NCBI RefSeq assembly: GCF_001194135.2
Contig: NC_068983.1
Coordinates: 118,656,632 to 118,720,631 of the forward strand
DNA: 64,000 nt
Source of the DNA: Octopus bimaculoides
Lineage: Eukaryota
Reading direction: 5' to 3'
A program made the position numbers and the translations under genes. The notes under the pieces were generated by a model. It saw only the letters and a list, made by a program, of their open reading frames with translations. It made no database searches and was not told the DNA's origin. The first letter of the stretch is position 1. Every line of letters begins with the position of its first letter. Positions 49,346 to 62,356 of the stretch are shown piece after piece.

Positions 49346-51870
49346 ATGTAGAAATCCACGTGTTTTATTATTTTTAGTTATTTTTATTTTACTTTTGTAG
49401 CACTAAAGATATCTCGACCTTATAACGAGATAGGAAGGGGACATTTCAAGCATTCAATACATTCATAACGCTTACACATCTATAACCTAGATGAATAAAT
49501 AAGATTTAGATTAGCTTATAGACAGAAATAGATATCTAGAGAACGACGACTGTTTTTTCATAAGAAACTTGCAATATTTAACGCCTGTATCAATATTGAG
49601 AAACATGAAACGAATTAAGATCAAACTTAAAATGTAGGATATTAACATGCCTCATTTCTTGTTTCGGATGAGATAACCAAGAATTTATGGCCTCCTAAAA
49701 ATATTTATCACTAAAATAGTATTAAAGCAATTTTTTCCCCCTTTATTTAAAAACAATAAATAAATAAAATTGAGTGCAACAACAGTGACGAGGAAGTTTT
49801 CGGGCGTGCCATTTCGGAATAACTCAAAAGATATTTACTACTACTACTTGCAAAACGTGACAAAAATATTAAAACAATATTTACTTTAACCATATCACAT
49901 AAATGAAATTGTATCATATATGCACTGCACTCGAAATGTTGAGTTCATTCTAAGATACGTTTTGGAAGTGGGTATAAGGTGGTGGTGGGACACTCTAGAA
50001 AGTTTGTGCAATCTAATCAAAAGTTAGATTACCTAATGACAAAGACCGAAGATAAATTACGAAGTAGTTAGTTAAGTAAAAACTATAACGTTACATTCAT
50101 CAATGGTTGCGTAATATTGGTCTGAAAGAAGTGCAACACCATAGAAAATCAGTTGGATATTAAATAAAATGTCACTGTAATTTTACGCCTGCCTTATTTT
50201 TTAATTTCACTTTTATTTATGTATCAAACACACGGCGAATGTGGTAGACAGTCTGGCGAAAGCTCGTGTGGAGAGCGAACAATCGCAGCGTGTCGGTTTC
50301 GATTCTCTCGAGTAGTCATTCCATTTCACTGCGTTTCTTAAAAAACAGCATAAACAGTCCATATTTCTAATTTTTAATAAATTCATGCCAGAAAGTTTTA
50401 TTTTCGTATATAACATGAACATAAAAAGAACATCATTTTATAAGATTTTGGTTGCAAATTCTTAAATTAACAAACATTTATTTACATGAAAGAAAATTAC
50501 CGAAGAAATTTCTTCTAATTCTTCCAAATATTTCTGTTAAAACTGTATTGAAACCATTTGTAGGGAATTTAAAAAAAATAAATGTGAAGTCTAATTTCTC
50601 TCTCTCTCTCTCACTCAATTACAGACATTTACAAGCACACACATATACAATTCTCTGACTAACGATTCATTTCTATATCAAATTATTACATTATATCCAC
50701 CTTTCTGTGTAGCATTTGGACAGAAATCACTGACTATTCCGACGGGCACTCACAGCAACAGATTGTCATCCATAGAGCTGATTCAGGCGGAATTAATTCT
50801 AGAATATATCTATGCACCTTGCACATTTATCACATTTCATAACTCAGCAGTCTAAGTGATTGTATGACAAGAACAAGTCTGCAGGATTTGATAAAAAAAA
50901 ATTATATTTATTTAGCAATTATGCATTTAGATGGTGCATGGTCTATAACAAATCGATTCACCTCTCTGCTATTTAATTCCTTGTTAAATCATCATCCGCA
51001 TCGCTCCACACCTCTAGTGACTGTGTTGTTTGTGTTGAACACTCACTCGCCAGTTTGCTTCTCTTGTCTAGTCAGTCATCTTTCCTATGTCAGTTACTTG
51101 CCTTGCTCGCGAAATTTTTTTTCCCCACGAGAGTTCCGGACCCCAGTTTTGAACTCATTTGCATACAGCCAATCAGAGCTCTACTATCAAACTAATTTAT
51201 GAGCACATAACAAGTGATGGGCGATAAGATAAAGTCGCTTAGGTAAGGAATTACCATGCTTCTTTTCTCTTTTGATAATGCTTGTTGTTTTAGTTCTTGT
51301 TTGAACAATGGCTGTCTCTGTTTAGTTATTTGTGTTGTTGACTTTGTTAAACAGTAAATTGCTAGCACATCACCCTCTACCCACATTTTTCCCATCCACA
51401 TCTTCATCATATGGGGCTCTAACAAAATCCGATAGTAAGTATAAATGCAAATCTATCTAATTACTTGTCTCCTTCTAAAATCAGGCATAACTTGGTGGTA
51501 GGTTGACTTACAACACCGTTCTTCGACTTAAGTTTGCTTCGTAGAGTGTGTTTGATAACTTGATATGATCAAGGTGGGCTCTGATTGACTGTATGCAAAT
51601 GGGTTCATTACTGGTGTCCGGAACTCTTGTGGGAAAAGAAAATTTCGTACCCCGCCCCGTATTTCCAGTTCAATAAAAATAATATATACAGTGGGGTACT
51701 CGTATGTAAACAGTTCTCTAAAACGAACGAATTGGATAACGAACGGTTTTTCTACAGAAAATTAAACATATAACAAGCTCAATGAAAAAATCAAAACTAC
51801 ACATGCGAATAACTGTTAGCATCGCATATACGAGCAGCATGCTAAATGAACAAGTAAAATGTATAGGTCA

Positions 51871-51947
51871 GGCAGTTTGGCTTAAATGGTAAAGCATTCT
51901 AACCGGATATTAGAGGGATGTGAGTTCGATCCTCATGGCTGGCTGCC
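51871..51947 (+). pseudogene. tRNA-like sequence (pseudogene or SINE head, Arg-like)
   Basis: Folds as a cloverleaf: D-stem GCTT/AAGC, anticodon stem TCTAA/TTAGA, T-arm GTGAG-TTCGATC-CTCAT. The loop CCGGATA lacks U33 and purine 37, and the acceptor stem is imperfect. Confidence 0.6.
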
Positions 51948-51966
51948 GACAAAATTTTTTCTAATA

Positions 51967-52130
51967 GGCGTAGGAGTGGCTGTGTGGTAAGTAGCTTGCT
52001 TACCAACCACATGGTTCCGGGTTCATTCTCACTGCGTGGCACCTTGGGCAAGTGTCTTCTACTATAGCCTCGGGCCGACCAAAAGCTTGTGAGTGGATTT
52101 GGTAGACGGAAACTGAAAGAAGCCCGTCGA

Positions 52131-52180
<50 letters not shown>
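51967..52180 (+). mobile_element. SINE family A, young copy cut by an N gap at its microsatellite
   Basis: Nearly identical to 35104-35300 and retains its CpGs. Confidence 0.9.
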
Positions 52181-52789
52181 NNNNNNNNNNNNNNNNNNNN
52201 NNNNNNNNNNNNNNNNNNNNNNNNNNNNNNNNNNNNNNNNNNNNNNNNNNNNNNNNNNNNNNNNNNNNNNNNNNNNNNNNNNNNNNNNNNNNNNNNNNNN
52301 NNNNNNNNNNNNNNNNNNNNNNNNNNNNNNNNNNNNNNNNNNNNNNNNNNNNNNNNNNNNNNNNNNNNNNNNNNNNNNNNNNNNNNNNNNNNNNNNNNNN
52401 NNNNNNNNNNNNNNNNNNNNNNNNNNNNNNNNNNNNNNNNNNNNNNNNNNNNNNNNNNNNNNNNNNNNNNNNNNNNNNNNNNNNNNNNNNNNNNNNNNNN
52501 NNNNNNNNNNNNNNNNNNNNNNNNNNNNNNNNNNNNNNNNNNNNNNNNNNNNNNNNNNNNNNNNNNNNNNNNNNNNTGAATTAGAATCACAGGTAGACGA
52601 CGAGCACATATAAGTGGCTAAGAAACCACATATAAACAGTTCGTCAACGTCCATGTACACATTTCATGTAGCTTGCAGGCTTTCATATTTTATATAGGAA
52701 ATATTAATACTTTTCATATTTTTTGTCCCAAAACACAAATATCGGTAGATGCAAGACATATAAGTTTATACCTATGTATGTAACCACGT

Positions 52790-52977
52790 GTGTATCTTTG
52801 TCGATTTTCTTCCTCCGTCTTCCCTTCTTTTGGACTTTCCTCTATTTCTGAAGAAGAGCTTTGCTCGAAACGTTAAAACCTCTTTCTTTCCTTTCCTGAG
52901 CGTCTGATAATACAGTACTTGTACCATGTCCACGCGTTGTATTTTCTTGTTTGTTCTTCTTTGTTTGGATTCCCTAT

Positions 52978-52980
<3 letters not shown>
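52790..52980 (+). mobile_element. Penelope-like element terminal-repeat fragment
   Basis: CTGAAGAAGAGCTTTGCTCGAAACGTTAAAA motif plus TTTCCTGAGCGTC and a T-rich tail, ending in (TA)n. Confidence 0.6.
52845..52877 (+). ncRNA. Minimal hammerhead motif with one extra A after the core
   Basis: TTT-CTGAAGA-A-GAGC ttt GCTC-GAAA-CG-T-T-AAA, with a palindromic ACGT helix III. Confidence 0.55.
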
Positions 52981-53009
<29 letters not shown>

Positions 53010-54255
53010 GTGTGTGTATGAAACGCGCGTAGTCTATGTACTAGCACTAACTTTTTACATTTATACTTCCATACTGTATATTATCGTATTAATTTTTACT
53101 GTCCAATTTATAAATTTGACTTTAAAATTTTTTAAAATTAATATTTCTATGATTTATATGATTTATTAAGCTGCTGTTATTCATAGAGGACCAACACCTA
53201 GAGCAGGCCATTATACCACACTGATTAAAACTGGAGATGATATTTGGGATGAAATCAGTGACAACATCATTACAAAAAGACATACTAAATTTCCCCCCTA
53301 ATTGGCTGACATTGTTTTACTTACGGAAAAAATGTAAAAAAATTAAAAAACAAAATTCAGTGGAATTGTAACTAAAAATTAAATTTAAGACGTAGATCGT
53401 ATGATTGATTAATGATTATTTAGGAACAAAATTCATAAATAAAAAAAAGATTAACAAGAACATTTTCTTAAATTTGGAAATTAAAAATGATGTTTTTGGT
53501 TTATAAAATGGTTTTAATTTATGAAAAACCAAATATTTACATAAAATTGAAGGTACAATAATAGTCATTTTTTTATTGCAAAATTAGGTTACTTAAGGTG
53601 AGTCTGGTAACTGATGGTTTTGGGGTCTTGTTGCTTGTAACCTTTGGTGAGCCATGGTGCAACCAACAACATAGTAAAAATCCCTGCCATTAATTTGGTG
53701 TGGATGGGTAATATCAAATAATTCAATCACAACATATATTTAAATTAAACATGAAAAAAATTGAAATATCATCACTTACATGGAAAAATTGAAATGTTAT
53801 ATTTCGGTATTTTATAAGGTTAAATCTTAAATTATTAATTGACACGTTATTAATTATCTTATAACAGCAATGCCTGGAAAAATCATGGATTACATGGAAA
53901 AATGCAAGCATGAAAAGTAATATTCTTAAGATTATAAACCAGGAAATAACACTAATTTAAGTAGAATTTGGCTAATGTACTACCTTAGATACAGAAAAGG
54001 GTGACTAATTAGACAAATTTACAAATTAGCTGAACAGTTTTGTACAATAAATTTAAAAGATGAGAACTGTAAAGAGTGATAAATCAGAAGAACTGGCATT
54101 CTTTGCTGCAATATTTTAAGTAAAAAGTTTCTTATTCTTTACTTTACTAGAAGTAATAGTTTGTCCTATACTTTTCCAGGTGTAATAACTTGTCCTGTAC
54201 TTTTCCAGGTTTATAATCTTAAGAATATTACTTTTCATGCTCGCATTTTCCCTTG

Positions 54256-54296
<41 letters not shown>

Positions 54297-55214
54297 AACG
54301 TATATCGCTGTTAAGTTTCCTATCACCTATCTACATTAAGTATGATATATAAATGGTTATTTTATTCTAATACTGTGTCTGCTGCATATAAACATAAAAT
54401 AGATTTTGATCACATACACACGTTCACATACACACTCGGAGACACACATACACACGGATGCAACCCCACCCACCACCGCGCACACACACGGACATAAGCA
54501 TACATGACCTGTCAGAAAGCTGAGCAGTAGAATTTTCGTCAAATGTATTTATTGTTGACACATAAGAAACGTGGAGGACGGAGTATTCGGCACTTTTCTA
54601 ATGACCCAATAAACGTTATGGGATATTTTAATTCGTCATAAAATACGTATGCTCATAAACTTCCAAGTTAATTTTGCTTTGTGGAAACATTTTCTCTCTT
54701 TCTCTCCAGACCATTGACTACAGTTAAATTCACAAGAACATGTCGGTGAGTGAATTGAAATTACATTAGAATATATGTCATATTAAAAGTATGTATGAAC
54801 ATCAACCACACACATACATTATGTGTAAAAAGCATTCGCTTGAATAAAATAACCTTTCCCATTTTTTAAATTCATTTTTTTTTTTCGTAAAGGCAGGGAT
54901 TATATAGCGAAACGAATCGACGTAATTATTGGTAATGTATACAGCAGGAGTAACATGCACGGTAGACCCTTTGCGAGACGAGAAGAAAATTTAATGCTGA
55001 GAACGTGAGGTACTGATGTGAGGATACAAAAGCATTTAATCCCTGGTTCTACATTAGACATAACATTAAAACTGTTCATCAGAAAATCAAAACTGTGTTG
55101 TCAGGTCCCAAACTGAGGAGTTTATCATGACTCTAAATGACGCATGCCAACCTATACAGACATACAGACAGACATACAGACAGACATACAGACATGCGTA
55201 CGAACGAAATGATC

Positions 55215-55490
55215 CCAGTATTTGTGCATTTAGAGCTTGGTACTTATTCTGTCAGTTTGTTTTGCCGAATCGTTAAGTTACGAAGATGTAAACCGGTTGT
55301 CAAACAGAGGTGGAGGACAAGCACATACACAAGTGCGCTCGCTTCTTTCAGTTTCCATCTACCAAATCAACTTAGAAGGCTTCGGTCGACCCGGAACTAT
55401 AGTAGAAGACACTTGCCCATCGTTCCACGCGGAGGGACTGAACCCGGAACCATGTGGTTGGGAAGCAAACTTCTTATCACACAGCCAGGC
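55215..55490 (-). mobile_element. SINE family A copy
   Basis: Reverse-complement match; the microsatellite is lost. Confidence 0.75.
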
Positions 55491-55587
55491 TTCACACATT
55501 TCTTGTAAGTGTCATATACACTCATACAAAACTCGTGTGTTGCCCATAACCTAATGTCAAAGTAGGTTGAACTTATTATTTTATTGG

Positions 55588-55800
55588 TTTCAAATTTTGG
55601 CACAAGGCCAGCAAGTTCAGGGGAGCAGAATAATTTGATTACATTGACCCCTGTGCTCAACTGGAAACTATTTTATCGACTCCGAAAGTGATGAAAGGTA
55701 AAGTCGACCTCGGCAGAATTTGGACTCAGAACATAAAGACGGACAAAATGCCGTTAAGCATTTTGCCCGGCGTGCAAACGATTCTGCCAGTTCACCGCCT
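55588..55800 (+). repeat. Interspersed ~210-bp repeat (SINE-like, unclassified)
   Basis: TTCAAATTTTGGCACAAGGCCAGCAA...GGCAGAATTTGGACTCAGAAC...ATTCTGCCAG; related copies at about 8460, 8600, 9670, 20722, 30610, 32190 (inverted) and 46100. Confidence 0.8.
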
Positions 55801-55852
55801 TATACTTATTTCATTTACTGACATAGTTCAAATTGTACAAATTCTTCTATAC

Positions 55853-56178
55853 CAGGGGATTTTCAACCGTTGTCCATTTTGTTTTTGGTGGGGCGGGGGA
55901 AGCCCACGCAAGCAACATAAAAAATGGACTCACAGTTATATTAAGGGTCCATGGAAAAATTTTTCTTTCGTGTATTTATTGTAAGAAACAACTAGATTTA
56001 TTTCTCTAATGCTTTACATAGTTCAACCTACACAAGTTAATGTGTAAAAAACAAAAGGGGAATTTTGAAAGAAGTATCTATAAAACTAATTTTTAAATAT
56101 CGAATGGCTGTGGGGGTCCACCATAGTAAAGTAGTAATGAACAGGGTCCCATAGGTAAAGGGCGGTTAAAAACCACTG
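55853..56178. mobile_element. hAT-type MITE
   Basis: Ends are CAGGGGATTTTCAACC and GGTTAAAAACCACTG. The 8-bp flanks are TTCTATAC and CTCTATAC. Confidence 0.8.
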
Positions 56179-56541
56179 CTCTATACAGAAGTAGTGTCCA
56201 ACAAAATCTCCGCCACAAGTGAGTGATGCATTTGCGCCATCGTTGTTTCTTATTCACAAATCTTCGAAAAAATTCAGATTTGCACATTCGTTTTTACTTC
56301 GTCTTGTGTCATCAAATCGTTGTCCCCGATAACAGTCCTTAATTGGACCGAAAAAGTGGGAGTTGGAAGGTGCCTAGATCAGGGTTGGAACCCTGACTAG
56401 CCCAATTTACGGTTTGCTTGATTTGTTGTCAAGATGTGTGTGGTCACGGGATTGTCATGGTGATTCTAGTCGTTTTCTTCCTCTTAATCTTTTATAGCTT
56501 CTCTTAGCTTTTTGAGTCTGTGTGTCTGTCTCTCTTTCTCT

Positions 56542-56848
56542 CTGGCAGGTCGTCCACAAACCGAAACGAGGAGTCGATTGAGAAAGTCCGGCGAATAGTC
56601 ATGGAAAACAGTCATGTAATAAATAGTCCAAGAAATTGCTCACGAAGTGGGAATAAGCATAGGATCAGTGTATTTCATGTTAACGGAGGATTTGTGCATG
56701 CGGAGAGTGCTGGCGAAATTCGTTTGCTGGCACAGTAACAGAAGCAACTCCGCATGGAAACCATTCAGGACATGCTGGACTTTGCAAACCACAACCCAAA
56801 CTTCACGAAGACCATCATCACTGGTGATGAGACGTGGTCTTATGGTTT
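56542..56848 (+). pseudogene. mariner transposase internal fragment
   Basis: SGRSSTNRNEESIEKVRRIVMEN, EIAHEVGISIGSVYFMLTEDLCMRRVLAKFV and DMLDFANHNPNFTKTIITGDETWSYG (HTH region and first catalytic D motif), with frameshifts. Confidence 0.88.
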
Positions 56849-57072
56849 CTGCTCGATGCGTTCGGTCATGTGCGAAAACGAAAATCCGACGAGCACGCAC
56901 TACACGTTTGCACTCTAGGCAAAGAAGCAGGGAACTGATGCGGCCTACCAGCGGGAAAATTTTCACATATACGCAGGACCGATGACGTCACCTACCACCC
57001 AAAGGATTTTTCCCACGCGGTATTAGTTTAGGCGGGAAAAATAAAGTCGGATACTTTTTGAACAAACCTCAC
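56848..57072 (-). mobile_element. mariner 5' end (TIR, leader, start codon), inverted relative to the adjacent fragment
   Basis: The reverse strand reads GAGGTTTGTTCAAAAAGTATCCGAC (mariner-type TIR) ... ATG ACC GAA CGC ATC GAG CAG AAA (MTERIEQK, a typical mariner N-terminus). Confidence 0.75.
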
Positions 57073-57142
57073 ACATTTTTATGTATATATGAACACACAT
57101 ACGCACACGCGTATATTATATATACAGATATACTTTTTTTTC

Positions 57143-58200
57143 TTTTACTTGTTTCAGTCATCTGACTGCGGCCATGCTGGATAACTGGGATCTATTTCAA
57201 AACGGGGGCACCAGTTTTCATTTATGTTTTATGTAGTGTTTTTGGTACCGAAAGACTTTCAAACTTCGTTTACTTATCTATTTTGTGTTATAGAACACAA
57301 AAAAATTTTTGTATTCGAATTTATTTCATGTAAAAAATTGTCTTATTTCGATAATTTCTACTAATCACTGACGTCTATTCAGTTGAAAACAGTTAGCGCT
57401 GTAACGGTGTATATCGTATTAATCCTCTAACCCTAACTAGAGTGTTAACCGTAACCCTAACCGTAACCCTAACCCTAAAACTAACCCTAACTCTAGAATC
57501 CGAACTCTAAAATTGTTACACACATAGATACGCACAGCGTAATTTATTATATAAACAATATNNNNNNNNNNNNNNNNNNNNNNNNNNNNNNNNNNNNNNN
57601 NNNNNNNNNNNNNNNNNNNNNNNNNNNNNNNNNNNNNNNNNNNNNNNNNNNNNNNNNNNNNNNNNNNNNNNNNNNNNNNNNNNNNNNNNNNNNNNNNNNN
57701 NNNNNNNNNNNNNNNNNNNNNNNNNNNNNNNNNNNNNNNNNNNNNNNNNNNNNNNNNNNNNNNNNNNNNNNNNNNNNNNNNNNNNNNNNNNNNNNGTGTC
57801 CCAAGTTTCAAAGTGTTTCGTTAGTGTTTCGTTAAGAAAATACTGGTGCCCCCGTTTTGAAATAGATCCGATAAGTGTCTTGAAGGGTTTTAGTCGAACA
57901 AATCAGGACTTATTTCTTAAGCCTAGTACTTATTTGATCGGTCTCTTGTGCCGAACCGCTAAGCTACGGCGTCGTAAACACACCATTACCGGTTGTCAAG
58001 CGGTGATTGGGGTTGAGTGGGTAAATACAGATACTCTCTCACACACACACACACGACGGGCTTCTGTCATTTTCCTTCTACCAAATTCGCTCACAAAGCT
58101 TTGGTCGGTCCGAGGCTATAGTAAAAAACACTAGCCCAAGGTGTCACGCAGTGGGACTGAACCCGGAACTATGTGGTCGGGCAGCAAGCTGCCCGACCAC
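57143..58200 (-). mobile_element. SINE family A copy interrupted by a MITE
   Basis: Tail at 57143-57180; the remainder is at 57878-58200. Confidence 0.8.
57188..57869. mobile_element. MITE with 28-bp perfect TIRs, 8-bp TSD and (TAACCC)-like repeats, inserted into a SINE
   Basis: GGATCTATTTCAAAACGGGGGCACCAGT at 57188-57215 is inverted at 57842-57869. Flanks are GATAACTG and GATAAGTG. The SINE sequence resumes on both sides, and an N gap lies inside. Confidence 0.88.
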
Positions 58201-58860
58201 ACACATATCCCCCCCACGCATACACACAGACGGACATACGCACGTACACGCACATGCATTCATAGAAGCGCTAATCATTTGTTGAATATTAGCCAACACA
58301 ATGGGAAACCTACAACACTGAATGAACCATTCTACAATATGAGCATCAACTGGTTATTTTTTTTGCTGTATACATGTGGATTTTATTTGCCCCACCCCCA
58401 TCACCTCTTACCCATCTCCGATACACTCATACACACGTCGATCATTGAATACACACACCGTATACACACACTCTAACCTGAGATGGTCAGTCAGTAGTTT
58501 TATAATAAAGCAAATATAGTCTGGGAGTAAATAAAGATCTGCTATCTATATGTGAAGTCTGTGCGCGAACAAGCGTGCGTGTGTGCATGCATGTGTGTAG
58601 GTACATGGAGGAAGGACTTATCTGTGTATATGTGTGCGATGTATGTGTGGTGAGAGGTTGTGTCTGTGTGCGTATGAGCAGAAAGAGGCCGTATCTGTGT
58701 GTGTACATACATATACATGCATATATGTGTGTGCGTGTGCTTGTATATGTATACACACACATATATAGCGGGGTGGGGGGGGGCAAGACAGAGGTTGTAA
58801 TTTTAACTTGCGTATATATGTGTGTGCGTGCGTGTTTAAATATGTACGTGTGTAATGAAT
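58200..58860. repeat. Degenerate CA/TG microsatellite cloud
   Basis: Directly visible. Confidence 0.85.
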
Positions 58861-59337
58861 CATGAAATGATGTTATGGAATTCTACAACTAAAAATATAA
58901 AATAAAAATAAAATAAACAAAGTAAAAGGAAAAGAAAAGTCTTGGAAGCTTGGTGGGCCGATAGACGAGAAAGTGTGGGGAGTGGCAACAGAGGTTAAGG
59001 CGGAAGATACTTTTTTCTACAGAGAAGAAGTGGGAAGGACTTACTCTAAATAAATAAATAAATAAATAAATAAAAGGGCACCGGCAAACAACATTTGGGA
59101 ACTAATAGAATCAGATTCATGTTCTGTTAGTTAACACACGCACTGTTTTAATTAATTAGGGAATCGGGGACTTTCGAACTTTTTTTCTTTGTCTTTTCAA
59201 GATATACATTAATTAAATTTGTTTAGGAAAAATTTTCGGATTTAGAAAAAAAAAAAAAAAAAAAAAATTCTCGAAATCGTAACGAATGCATGTTAAAAAA
59301 AAGATAGGGTACGGACGCATTAGATAATGTTATCCAA

Positions 59338-59695
59338 AATCTGATTCTCAAGCAGTGTCCATATGGTCCCTGAGACACCACATAATATTTTTTTTTTTGG
59401 GGGGGGGGTCCATGCAAACGAAATAGTAAATTGGAGATCCACAATATTATTTTAAGGGTCTCTGAAGGCGTTTTGCTTTAGATGTATGTATTGGTATTCA
59501 TTGTAAGAAACAGCGACGTTTCGTTCTCTAACATTTTACATAGATCTGCCTACACAAGTTAATGTGTGAAAAACAAAATAGGAATTTTGAAAGTATCTAT
59601 AAAACTAGTTTTTAAACATTGTATGGCTATGGAGTCCACCAGAATAAAATAGTAACCAAAAGAGTCCATAGGTAAAAAATGGTTGAGAACCACTG
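59338..59695. mobile_element. Second copy of the same hAT-type MITE family
   Basis: Shares internal blocks (CTACACAAGTTAATGTGT, GAATTTTGAAAG, TATCTATAAAACTA) with 56000-56180 and ends in GGTTGAGAACCACTG. Confidence 0.7.
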
Positions 59696-59894
59696 TTCCA
59701 GATGAACGATGTTGAAACACCATTTACTAACCATAAATTTGCTGAACCAAGGGCTGATCTAAGGTTAAAACACGTGTGCGTGCGTGTATGTGTGCATGTC
59801 TGTGAATCTAAGTATACATATATGTATACATTAGCTATTAACAACAGAAGCAGCCTTTCTAACGTAAATTAATTAGCACATCCATTCTAACTTT

Positions 59895-60196
59895 TATAAC
59901 GCCGCAGACCGCAGTGAATGTCCCGAAAAATCATTTCGTGTAAACGACAAATGCTAAGAACCATCGCACTTCTATCGCTTGATATGCTAATTAATATTCG
60001 TTACACAAAGGCTTCTTCTGTCACTTATAGCTAATTCATACACAGTCCGCCAGATTTTTGCAACATCCCTGGCTGTTTGGCTAGAATTATTCCATATCGG
60101 TTTGACTACTTTTTCGTCCGACTTTCAGTACTTGAACCAGTTGCAGCTGATGATCTGCAATATGGCGAAAGGACGTATCCGGCCTGTGGCGTTATA
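59895..60196. mobile_element. TA-flanked MITE (~300 bp, Tc1/mariner-like)
   Basis: TATAACGCCGCAGACCG at 59895 and CGGCCTGTGGCGTTATA ending at 60196 form 17-bp inverted repeats with 2 mismatches. Confidence 0.7.
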
Positions 60197-60719
60197 CATC
60201 CAAGTTATACATCCAAGTTAGGTTAGATGTGCTTATTAATACACATGTATATCTGCAATCATGTATGTCACTACATGGAAGAAGTACATTCACACGGTTA
60301 ACACGTTAGCTTCTCGATTACAAGGATTCCGGTTCGATCCTTTGCCGTGTAGCTTGATCAAGAGTTTTTTATCCTTCGCCTCAACTCGACCTATGCCTTG
60401 GGAGTGAAGTTTGGTTGACAGAAACCATGCAGAAATCCGTCAATGGACTGCACTTGTAATTTTAAACGTCTAAACTTCGTTATACGTTGTGCGACGGTTA
60501 TTCAACCTAAGAATTACGTTACGGTTACACGTGTTTGCAAGATGCTCAACAACTAAGCGTTAATTCCATGAGCAGGCAGTTCAGTTGATCGAACAATCGA
60601 TTACCTATCATTGAAAACGAAGGAAATTCCTGATCTCACTAGATTAAGAGTAAAAGAAAAAACAAAAGAGAAAATAACAAACAAAATAATTAAAAACATC
60701 TAGACAATTAGGAACTGAA

Positions 60720-60753
60720 AGGATATATATATATATATTTATATATACATGTA

Positions 60754-60828
<75 letters not shown>

Positions 60829-60873
60829 ATATATATATATAGATATATATATATATATAGATATATATATATA
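60720..60873. repeat. (ATCT)n and (AT)n microsatellite running into a gap
   Basis: Directly visible. Confidence 0.97.
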
Positions 60874-62356
60874 NNNNNNNNNNNNNNNNNNNNNNNNNNN
60901 NNNNNNNNNNNNNNNNNNNNNNNNNNNNNNNNNNNNNNNNNNNNNNNNNNNNNNNNNNNNNNNNNNNNNNNNNNNNNNNNNNNNNNNNNNNNNNNNNNNN
61001 NNNNNNNNNNNNNNNNNNNNNNNNNNNNNNNNNNNNNNNNNNNNNNNNNNNNNNNNNNNNNNNNNNNNNNNNNNNNNNNNNNNNNNNNNNNNNNNNNNNN
61101 NNNNNNNNNNNNNNNNNNNNNNNNNNNNNNNNNNNNNNNNNNNNNNNNNNNNNNNNNNNNNNNNNNNNNNNNNNNNNNNNNNNNNNNNNNNNNNNNNNNN
61201 NNNNNNNNNNNNNNNNNNNNNNNNNNNNNNNNNNNNNNNNNNNNNNNNNNNNNNNNNNNNNNNNNNNNNNNNNNNNNNNNNNNNNNNNNNNNNNNNNNNN
61301 NNNNNNNNNNNNNNNNNNNNNNNNNNNNNNNNNNNNNNNNNNNNNNNNNNNNNNNNNNNNNNNNNNNNNNNNNNNNNNNNNNNNNNNNNNNNNNNNNNNN
61401 NNNNNNNNNNNNNNNNNNNNNNNNNNNNNNNNNNNNNNNNNNNNNNNNNNNNNNNNNNNNNNNNNNNNNNNNNNNNNNNNNNNNNNNNNNNNNNNNNNNN
61501 NNNNNNNNNNNNNNNNNNNNNNNNNNNNNNNNNNNNNNNNATATATATATATATATATATATATACACTGATACACACACACACACTCAGTAAATACACA
61601 AAAAAGACGAGGTTGTCATGACTGGAAGTCTTCGATCAGAACGATATCTGCTCGATCATGCTGACTTAAAACAAAACAATGTCAAACCGAAGTATAGCGT
61701 GTTGTATTGAATCCAATGTGGATCACTTTTTGAATGCACAAATGATTGTTGTCTGTACAAATTCTCAATAAATAAAATAGATAAATAAATAAGTGAAAGT
61801 GTAAAAAATGAAGTTCACTTAGTGAAGATAATCATCTCCGCCCACGCCAAGCACTGTATCTGACGCTAAAAAATCAGGATCGATTCGTTAATGTAGTTAG
61901 ACTTAAATTGTTAAGTCATTGCTTAAATTCAAACAGACTCATAATATACAGAAACAGCAGGTCTGGTTAGTTTTTTTTTCATACGTCGCCGAGTTAATAA
62001 TCTGAAAACTAGGACTAGATATTATAAATAAGAAGAAAAAATAAAACAACGCCAACAGCAAATTAGACTGAACCCGCTGTTTAATCTCACATAAAGAATC
62101 GACCCATGAAATTTGAAATCTAATCAAACTAAATAAGGGAAACTGATACGACGGTTAAGGTGATGGGACTGTGATGTTTCGCTGAGAAAAGCAAATAGGT
62201 GCACTACTTACTACTCTCATCTAACGCATATACAGATAGAGACAATAATGGTGAATAAATTTCTTGTCAAGTGACAATCCTCACGTTATGATGAATTAAA
62301 TAGTTTGTGAATTTACTCCTCCTCGTTTAAGTTGTTTTTTCCTATGTTCTTGTGTT

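Noticed and set aside
51871-51947. Functional tRNA gene
   Set aside because: The anticodon loop is non-canonical, there is an extra base before the anticodon stem, and the acceptor stem is mismatched.
57421-57510. True telomere or chromosome fusion site
   Set aside because: The array is short and degenerate and is enclosed by MITE inverted repeats with a TSD.
60147-60180. CTGATGA...GAAA as another hammerhead
   Set aside because: No helix II or helix I can form, and it lies inside a MITE.
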